Source: Octopus sinensis
Taxonomy: Eukaryota
DNA: 64,000 bases
Assembly (NCBI RefSeq): GCF_006345805.1
Contig: NC_043003.1
Span: 56,048,001-56,112,000, forward strand
Direction: 5' to 3'
Below the pieces are notes generated by a model. It did no database searches. It was given only the letters and a program-made list of their open reading frames with translations, and had not been told where the DNA came from. Positions 55,111 to 64,000 of the stretch are shown here, in pieces. Every line of letters begins with the position of its first letter. Positions within the stretch are counted from its first letter, which is position 1. Position numbers and translations under genes: made by a program.

Positions 55111-55527
55111 TCCTACTTCTGCCACAAAGCAGAGAAACCATGGTGTAACCCACTATGGTGTGGTAAACTTTCAGACCTTAGTCTAGATTGCGAATCCTCT
55201 GTACCCCACGGTGGTTCAACTCTCCACCCGTTAAAAGCCACCGTTTACGGAATGAGGATAACAACGTAGCTTTCGCACCCGTGCAACCGCCGGGCTATTG
55301 CGTTTGGTGGGTGGATCTTCAAGTTGCCACACGCATTCTCAGTAGCTTAGACGAGGGTCGAATTAGAGATAATTCTTTGTGACGTGAGTCCTGATTGGAA
55401 GAAGAAGAAGAAGAAGAAGAAGAAGAAGAAGAAGACTTTAATGGAAAACATAATAATAACTTACGAGAAGTAGCAGCAGCGCCAATAAAGACGCGAGTGA
55501 GAGCTAACGAAGGTATCACTGTGCAGT

Positions 55528-55947
55528 GGCGCCGAGCTGGCAGAAACGTTAGCACGCCGGGCGAAATGCGTAGCCGTATTTCGTCTGCCCTTGCGTTGTG
55601 AGTTCAAATTCCGCCGAGGTCGACTTTGCCTTTCATCCTTTCGGGGTCGATAAATTAAGTACCAGTTACGAACTGGGGTCGATGTAATTGACTTAATCCC
55701 TTTGTCTGTCCTTGTTTGTCCTCTCTGTGTTTAGCCCCTTGTGGGTAGTAAAGAAATAGGTATTTCGTCTGCCGCTACGTTCTGAGTTCAAATTCCGCCG
55801 AGGTCGACTTTGCCTTTCATCCTTTCGGGGTCGATAAATTAAGTAACAGTTACGAACTGGGGTCGATATAATCGACTCAATACCTATGTCTGTCCTTGTT
55901 TGTCCCCTCTATGTTTAGCCCCTTGTGGGTAATAAAGAAATAGGTAT
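55528..55947 (+). mobile_element. Young family-A SINE with a duplicated 3' two-thirds and a 17-bp TSD
   Basis: AGGTATCACTGTGCAGT at 55511-27 and 55942-58; body plus tail present twice (about 55577-55760 and 55761-55947). Confidence 0.92.
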
Positions 55948-56413
55948 CACTGTGCAGTATTCTTTTTCTGCTTAGAAAGTTAACCTTCTTGATTTCACAA
56001 AAAAAGACTAAAGATATATACTATTCGTTAGACAGTGTGGGGTCAAATTCACGACGCTTGACCAAATTCTTTGATGTTTAATGCTGTATGACTTCCATCA
56101 TAGGTTTGCTTGATTGTAGTTAGTCTGGTGTAAGCGACAACAATAACAAAAATAAACAGTGAGAATGGACGAACATTTCACACTGTTCAGCTAGGTTTGA
56201 TAATGGTAAAACACCGAGCAGTCAGCTGAGATGCTTCCGGATCATACTCTATCAACACCACTGAATTTAGTCCGCGGGCGATATATTCCACTGAAAACGA
56301 TCCATAATCCATTTGGTTTTAAGAATCACAGATTGTGATGCGTGGCAATTTCTGTTCCCTGTCTTGCTTCGCATAATAATAGTATGATTGCTCTTTGAAA
56401 TATATTACAATAT

Positions 56414-56493
<80 letters not shown>

Positions 56494-56699
56494 CGCGTCT
56501 GTGTGCGCGGGTGAAAATCTGAGATTCAACTCCCATCATTTTCGGAATGATATTTTTGAGTATTAGAGAGAAGAAAGTTAATAGCTAGTTGTGACTAAGT
56601 ACAATAATCATTAGTTATTTCTAGTATTACCAATGAGGTTAGAGAGCCAATAAGTGAGTCCCTACAATAGGGGTTATTAAACAGAAACTATTTATTGCC

Positions 56700-57140
56700 A
56701 CTGCAAAGTACAGTCCCCGTCGCAGAGATGTGGCTTATGTGCTTCCATGACACAGAGAGCATTGCAAGCGGAGAGATAACGTTCCTAATCGGGCCTCGTA
56801 TCCTCACGGGTTAAATGACAGAGGCCACGTCTTTCTTGAAATGAAAATGGGTCTGTGTAGCGCCGACAACCCTACCTAGAAAAAAAGCATAGTTAGAGAA
56901 GCATCAATGACAATTCAAAACCAATAACACTTGGAACCTCAGAGTCAGGTACGGTGACAAATGTCAATTGCTCAAACTCCATAGTGAACAATAGCGTAAA
57001 TAAGTAAGCATAATTTTTGCTTATGGACCTGAAAATAAAAAGCTTAGTGAAATGGACAGCATGTGTAGAAATTGATTTGATAATGCTAGATTATAATTCT
57101 AATGGATAAACAATACTCTTGAGCAGCTCATACGGTTATT
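56700..57140 (+). mobile_element. Degenerate 5' end of an RTE LINE (leader + start of the endonuclease)
   Basis: GCGCCGACAACCCTACCTAGAAAAAA UTR motif followed by TWNLR and an eroded LSEM..W segment. Confidence 0.55.
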
Positions 57141-57399
57141 CCGAATGAATGTGTGGCGATATCGCTTCCGTGTATTAACATAGTCAGGTTTGATTTCTCA
57201 TCATAAGTGGATTTTCAGTTTATTCACATACGTTCATATTTAATCACTGTATCATTTTATCATTATAGTGTAAGATGGATATGGATAATATTATAGCAAC
57301 AACATTTTTTTTTTCTCTGATATCACCATTTACGTTAGACGTTGTTTTGTCATTTTTATTCTATTTTTAAAGAATTTTGAGTGGCAATGCCATTTGTCA

Positions 57400-59243
57400 A
57401 AATTTGGTAGTGGATTAATTAATATGTTGGTTTTGGTTTCAGAGAACAACATGGAATTGAAATGCTCACATGCATGACTTGGTAACAATCAGAAATGGAA
57501 ATTTTAAGTCGTCAGGACAGAAAATAGCGTGAAGGCAAACACTGAAATCATATTGGCAATTTTCGTGTTAAAAATAATTTATGGTCAGAAAGAAACTCTT
57601 TCATCATACGGAATTATTTCTTCTGGAAGATGCCACTTCTACTTGTTTTCTGCTGCAAAGTTTCATATATAATTGTGAAAGAAAAATATTTTCCACAGAA
57701 TTGAAGCTCACCCCTGTTGGTTAAAGTCATGGAAACAGAATCTATCATTAATTGAATGAATTTAGTACCATTTTTCAATGACAATATCAGTCAAAAATTA
57801 AAGATAATCTTCAGGTCAAATCAACCTAAGTTGTCAGCGAGATTACGAATGTTCCGGCAAAAGTCAACACGCACCTCAATGAATCAGTTGTTATTTCAGT
57901 CAACAGTAAATTGCAGGTGAGTAAACTCTGCTCATGAAAAGAATATCAAAGAAGAATTTTCCCATGTTTTATTGATTCAATGGATCAATCAAAACAGATT
58001 ATGTGTTTTTGTTTGTTTAATTGTCCCTCAATCAATAATGATCATCATGGAATTTAATTTGCGCAGAAAGAACTTCTCCCATGATTGGAAGGAAATAGAT
58101 TTTTCGAGCTTTGGTTAAAAGAAAATCTCCACTCAATGACCAAACAGAATATACTTCAACGTCAAGTTTTACTATCCAAAACACTGCAAAAGGAAACTTA
58201 ATGAAGTGAAGAGAATGCGTGTACAAATAGTCAACTTTATCCGTAGAGCTTCATGATCAGATTAAGCGAAACTTTGCTTTATGATCTGATTTACCATTCA
58301 AATACATGTTGGCAAATTCGAAACGGCATTTTAGTATATTTTAGTACATTAAACTTGTGGACCTCAGGGAAAAATTTTCATATCCTTCGAACATCCGCAT
58401 TGCCTTATTGTGAATAATTTTGATGAGTAGACTGTTATTGTAACCAAAGTGCGACACAAATTTCAGCTAACGCAATAAATGGTATAGTATTTTCTCTTAA
58501 GCTGAATTATTTGTCTGGTCTTTGCAGAGATTTGGACATATATGTTGCAAAGTTTACGAGAAAGATATTAATTTGGAGTCGTCGTATAGCAAAAGCGCAA
58601 ACGTAGCGTGTATTTCGATACTTGACTTCAATCGTGGAAAAGATAAAGGCAAATCACTATAGAAATACTCCAGGAAGTCACGAATGACTCAGAATTCCTA
58701 AATATGATTATCTTAATACTTGATTTCGTTTAAGGCCCTGGATTATTTCTTTTTCTATACGTGTACAGCGAATAAGTGTATTTAGAAAAAGTGGATTGGA
58801 CTTTCTGTAATTCGAAAGAAAGCTGTTTACGAAAAGAACTGGACTCGGTATTGAACAATTTGGCTGTGAGCAGCACAAGATTAACCGTTAAGTAAAATAA
58901 GCACTCGCTTAGGGCAGCAAGGAAAGGTGTGGGGGGGGGGTACCAAAGAAATGGTAAATGGTTAACGGCACAAAAGAAATCGCCTTCATCGTACTAGAAT
59001 AATATTCGAAGTACATTATACTATCGGAAATATCTTTTAAAGTCTTCGTGATGTCATAATGAAGATCTAATAAAAGATCTTGCAATTAAAAAACTGCAGG
59101 AGAAAAGATTTCAGATATAAAGTGGAAGTATATAAAAATAAAGATTAATTTTCCTCTTACTGTTAATTTTGTTTCGTTTCAAAAAATTTAATTTAAATTT
59201 ATAGTTAGCTGTTTTTTATATTCTGAATTATACATATACATAT

Positions 59244-59315
<72 letters not shown>

Positions 59316-59371
59316 GGCCACCAACATCCTTTTAAATGCTTAGGGCGTCTTTCAGTGTTAATCCGGCCCTG
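57400..59371 (+). mobile_element. Degenerate hAT transposon: transposase relic (about 57400-58650) and right TIR
   Basis: Remnants LNES, QRQVLLSKTL, VQIVNFIRRA and DLIYHSNTCW (cf. DL.YH..VRWLS); right terminus TTAATCCGGCCCTG at 59358-59371; left TIR not found. Confidence 0.6.
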
Positions 59372-60073
59372 ATTTTCAGCCCATTGCTATTTAACATAGG
59401 TTAGTGATGATGACAATAAGTGCTTTAATTTCATTCACAGCTAAGTATAGCCGTGAAGCAGGAATCTCTGAATCTCAAGTGAAATGGAAAATCGATTTGA
59501 TGTATCAGATGCCATACGAATAACATTATCAGTTACTATACCCCGAGTCTATGTTTTATTTTTGACAAAAATAGCAGCAGAAATCTCACTTGATTAGTAA
59601 TACTTAAAGAGATAATGCAGTCGTGATAGTAAAAGGAAATACCTATTTTAGTTTGTTTCCTTCTTTTATTTGAGCTTTCTTATGCATCTCCACCATTACA
59701 GGTATATGTATTGATTTATAAATTAAAATAGGTTATAATAGTGAACATTTGTCGCTAGCTTTTAGGCTCACCACGTTTTTTGGTTTAATATCACTTCCTA
59801 CTCCATGGGTAACTTTGCATTCTCTTCCAATCACCAGAACCAGGCTCCTGGCAAAGAGCTGACCTAATCGTGGCTTCATATATTAATGTGATCTCTACAG
59901 ATGGTTGCATCCGTCGATTTGTAACAATCCAAGAGGGACATTAACAGCTTACATATCACCGTTCTCTGTAAGCTTGCGAAATATATGGGTACAGAATTCT
60001 ATTCAAGACTAACAAAATATCTTTTTAATGTTAAATACCATCCTTCCATAAATAAATATGCTAAAGTACTTAT

Positions 60074-60394
60074 AGTGGATGCGCAATGGCCCAGTGGTTA
60101 GGGCAGCACACTCGCGGTCGGAGGATCACGGTTTCGATTCCCAGACCGGGTGTTGTGTGTGTTTATTGAGCGAAAACACGTAAAGCTCCACAAGGCTCCG
60201 CCAATGGGTGGTGGTTACCCCTGTTGTACTCTTTCGCCCAAACTTTCTCTCACTATATCTTCCTCTTTCTTGAGTAACGCTGCGATGGACTGGCGTTCCG
60301 TCCAGCTGGGGGGGAACAGATACGCCACAGAAACCCGGAAACCGGGTCCATGAGCCTGGATAAGCTTGAAAAGGAGGCATAAATAATAAAAAAA
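60074..60394 (+). mobile_element. Family-D tRNA-derived SINE with a V-domain-like core and a 12-bp TSD
   Basis: A box TGGCCCAGTGG, B-box-like GTTTCGATTCC, core GCGATGGACTGGCGTTCCGTCCAG; TAAAGTACTTAT at 60062-73 and 60395-406. Confidence 0.82.
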
Positions 60395-60471
60395 TAAAGT
60401 ACTTATGCTATTCTTACCGGTTCTGTTCTTAAATTAAAACGAAGCTGTTGCCATTATTCGAAGTCAAAAAT

Positions 60472-60685
60472 GTGGTTAGCTGGCAGAATCGTTAGTACGT
60501 TGGGCGGAATGCTTAGCGGTATTTGCCCATCGCAACGTTCTGACTTGAAATTCCGCCGGTGTTGAATGTGCATTTCATCCTTTCAGGGGTCGATAAAATA
60601 AGTACCAGTTGCGTACTAGGGTCGATGTAATCGACTGGCCTCCTTCTCTCTCAGGCCTTGTACCTATAGAAGAAAAGATTATTTG
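60472..60685 (+). mobile_element. Family-A' SINE
   Basis: Family-A head and body, then CAGGCCTTGTACCTATAGAAGAAAAGATTATT. Confidence 0.8.
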
Positions 60686-61494
60686 CAGTCAGAGTTACTT
60701 ATCTAAACCGGTGTCATTGAGTATTTCGGCAGTCTAGTGAAATGATGATGGGGCGGAGTGGGTAAGATGGAGGTTTATCGTGAAATGTTTGGAATAACAA
60801 AAGGCTACGGACCGCCACTCCTAGCTGTTGGTCGACACCCCTGACTGTTTGGGGATCAAACAGCAGGAACAGTTAATGTTTTATTATAAGTTCTACCCAA
60901 TCATAGCTAACTTGATTTATATAACAATAACAATTTTAGCGGCAGTAGCAGCAGGACGAACAGTAGAAGCAATAACAGCAGCAGCAGCAGTAGCAATAAC
61001 AACAGCCGCAACATCAGTAGCTGCAGCAGCTGCAGCCATATTGCTTTTCAACATTAGTCTCCGCTATGTGAATTAACTTGGGGCGTAGACTTCGACGGGG
61101 AGTCGAAACTGTTTTGCGGATTCCGGCGCCAGTGGCAACTTACTTAACTCTTCTTGAACCAAATTCTTCCACAAAAATTCTGAACAATTCATCAACCGCA
61201 ACATATTAAATGCAAACAAAGAACACAGGAAAAGAAACAGTGAAACAGAGAAAAAATACAAACAAATGTAAATGTTATAAAAACATTAAGAAATACAACG
61301 ATGTAAATAGCAGAGTCTTAATTATTTTAGCTGAAAGGTTACGGTAACCTGATGAGATCAGACTCGTATCATCATACCATTGCAAACCAGTCTGTATCGT
61401 TACAGCAGGAGACAGGAGAGGATATGACACTGATAAATGGTGGTTCTACCGATGTTACTGGTGATGTTAGTTGTAGAAATGACTGTCGTTTGGA

Positions 61495-62140
61495 TAGTGG
61501 TGGTGGTGTTGGAGGTAGTGGTCTTTGTGGTGTGGGCGCCAGTAGTAGTGGTGGGGGTAGTGTTTGTGGTGCTAGTGGCGGTGGTGGTGGTGGTAGTGGT
61601 CGTTGTGGTGTGAGCGCTAGTAGTAGTAATAGTGGTGGTATTGTTTGTGTTGCTAGTGGTGGTGGTAGTGGTCGTTGTGGTGTGGGTGCTACTAGTAGTG
61701 GTGGTGGTGGTGGTAGTGGTCGTTGAGGGGTGGGTGCTAGTAGAGTGGTGGGGTAGTGTTTGTGGTGTGAACGCTAGTAATAGTGGTGGTGGTGGTAGTA
61801 GTAGTGGTTGTGGTGTAGGTGTTAGTAGTAGTGGTGGTGGTAGTGTTTGTTGTGCTAGTGATGGTAGTGGTGGTGTTAGTGGTCATTGTGGGGTGAGTGC
61901 TAGTAGTAGTAGTGGTGGTAGTGTTTGTGGTGCTAGTAGTGGTGGTGGCGGTAGTGGTCGTGGGTGTGAGCGCTAGTAAAAGTGGTGGTGGTGGTGGTAG
62001 TGTTTGTGGTGCTAGTGGTGGTGGTGGTGGTAGTGGTCGTTGTCGTGTGAGCCTAGTAGTAGTAGTAGTGGTGGTGGTGGTGGTGGTGGCGGTGGTGATA
62101 TTTGTGGTGGTAGTGGTCGATGTGGTGTGAGCGCTGGTGG
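61495..62140 (+). repeat. Two-subunit G/T-rich minisatellite
   Basis: Alternating GGTAGTGGTCGTTGTGGTGTGAGCGCTAGT and GGTAGTGTTTGTGGTGCTAGT units joined by variable GGT/AGT runs; about 7-8 cycles. Confidence 0.85.
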
Positions 62141-63087
62141 TGAAGACGCTGATTGTGATGGTGGAGGCGGAGGTATGGATGGCGGTGACTACGTTGACGG
62201 TGGTAGAGGTGAGAGTGGTGGATATATTGATGGTGGTGATATTGGTATTGGTGGTAGTAGCGTCGGTAGTGATGGTGATAATGATGATGGTGGACGTTGT
62301 AGTAGTCGTTGTAGTGGTGACGGTAATGGTAGTGGTGGGTATGATGATGAAGGTGGTGGTGGCGGCGGTAGTAATGGATTTGATATCGTTTTTGGTGTGC
62401 CGGTGTTAACGTTGAGGATCGCGGGCAGATGATAGTGGTGCGTCGGTGGTAGTAATGGTAGTGATGGCGATGATGGTGTGTAGTAGTGGTGTGATGGTGG
62501 TGGTCATTATGATGGTGATGGTAATGGAGGTGGTGGTGGTCGTCGTCGTTATAGCGGTGGTTATGACTATAATGATGGTGGTAACGGAGATAATAACTGT
62601 AGTGCTTGTCTTTACTGGTAGTAGTTAGACCTGGGGGTGGGCGGAGCTGGAGATGGTGGTGCAGTTGTTAGCATTCGCTATGCTATCGGTAATGATGATG
62701 ATGATGATGATGATGACGACGACGACGACGAAGTCGATCATGGTGATGATGATGATGATGATGATCATCATCATCATTATCATCATCATGACGACAGTAA
62801 CCACGCCGATAATGATGATGATGATGATGAGAAGGAGGAGGATATAGAAGAGCAAGAGGAGGAGGATGACGACGAAGACGATGACGGCTTCGATTAAGAC
62901 GTCGACGACGATGATGATTGATAATGAGGAGGAGGAAGGGGAGCAAGGGGAGGACGTTGATGATGATGATGATGATGAAGATGATGACTGTCTTGATGGC
63001 GACGATGCTGTTGCTGCTACTGCTGCTACTGCTGCTGCTACTGCTAGTGCTGCTGATGCTGCAGTTGATGATGATGATGATGATGAC

Positions 63088-63147
<60 letters not shown>

Positions 63148-63727
63148 GATGATGATGATGGTGATGAAGATGACGGCAATGGTGACGACGATAATGAAGA
63201 TGACGATAATGAGGATGATGATGATGATGATGAGACCACGATGATAATTCTGACGTTTACGTTGCTTGAAACGTCGATAGGTTGTAAATGCTCTTAGCAA
63301 TGGAATCAACGCCAGCGATGTGCGGTGTTTGGGTTATTTCCGTAGCGGCACTTCTCTCTCACAGAAGGTGGTATTCGGATGTGCCACAAGTACAGGATGT
63401 GGAAATGTTGCTAACACTAAAGAGGAGCTGAAGACTTGGTGATCAGAGACATAGATGGCGGTAGCGTATGTGTGAAGTGATAATTTTAGTGATGATCAGC
63501 GTGGTGCTAATGGCGCTAACCCTTTAAAGAAAATGGAGTTGATATTAACAGAAATGGTAATGGCAGTATTACTCTGCTGTCGATGTGGGTGATAGCGTGT
63601 TGATTGTGGCGATAGTGGTGATGGTTGGGTGGTGATGGTGGTGGTGGGGGTTGGGGTGGTAGTGATGATGGTATATGTGGTGGGTGGTGGTGATGGTAGT
63701 GGTGATGCTGGTGTAGGTGGTGGCGGC
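62140..63727 (+). repeat. Long compound trinucleotide low-complexity region (GGT, GAT, GAC, GCT, GAG)
   Basis: Directly visible; source of the poly-D/S/M/H ORFs. Confidence 0.9.
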
Positions 63728-63962
63728 GGCGGCGAGCTGGCAGAAACGTTAGCACGCCGGGCGAAATGCGTAGCCGTATTTTGTCTGTCGTTACGTTCTG
63801 AGTTCAAATTCCGCCGAGGTCGACTTTGCCTTTCATCCTTTCGGGGTCGATAAATTAAGTACCAGTTACGTACTGGGGTCGATGTAATCGACCTAATACC
63901 TATGTCTGTCCTTGTTTGTCCCCTCTGTCTTTAGCCCCTTGTGGGTAATAAAGAAATAGGTA
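63728..63962 (+). mobile_element. Family-A SINE (Tx1-like tail), full length
   Basis: GGCGGCGAGCTGGCAGAAACGTTAGCACG...TTTGTCCCCTCTGTCTTTAGCCCCTTGTGGGTAATAAAGAAATAGGT. Confidence 0.92.
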
Positions 63963-64000
63963 ATGGTGGTAGTGGTGATAGCACTGGTGGTGATTATGGT

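Noticed and set aside
57180-57200. Candidate left TIR for the hAT relic
   Set aside because: Poor match to CAGGGCCGGATTAA and no 8-bp TSD.
59900-59966. AG...GT-bounded 67-nt segment with one open frame
   Set aside because: Splice signals are at chance level; no homology recognised.
63246-63279. CTGACGT...GAAACGTC hammerhead-like string
   Set aside because: A9 is missing and no stem II forms.

Overview
Eukaryotic, AT-rich, repeat-saturated non-coding DNA (intron or intergenic). The SINE families and the TA/CA/TAGA/TAA microsatellite load suggest an octopus genome; this is inferred from recalled repeat families, not from a search. I found no intact host protein-coding gene, rRNA, tRNA gene or CRISPR array. 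Nearly all long ORFs in the track are microsatellite artefacts or broken retroelement ORFs. Recognisable content: (1) a frameshifted Tx1/L1-clade LINE (1-2914) and a 5'-truncated sister copy; (2) several R4/Dong-clade LINEs tied to (TAA)n tracts; (3) RTE fragments; (4) hAT and MULE transposon relics; (5) at least four tRNA-derived SINE families. Most interesting: (a) six hammerhead-ribozyme-like motifs with palindromic minimal stem III, three of them in short (TA)n-embedded non-coding elements with fold-back 5' inversions, resembling Penelope-type or retrozyme-like non-autonomous elements; (b) an abundant SINE whose last 42 nt match the 3' end of the Tx1 LINE in this window (34/42 ungapped), implying a Tx1-SINE partnership, while a sister subfamily carries a different tail. 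All alignments and folds were done by eye; none was computed.
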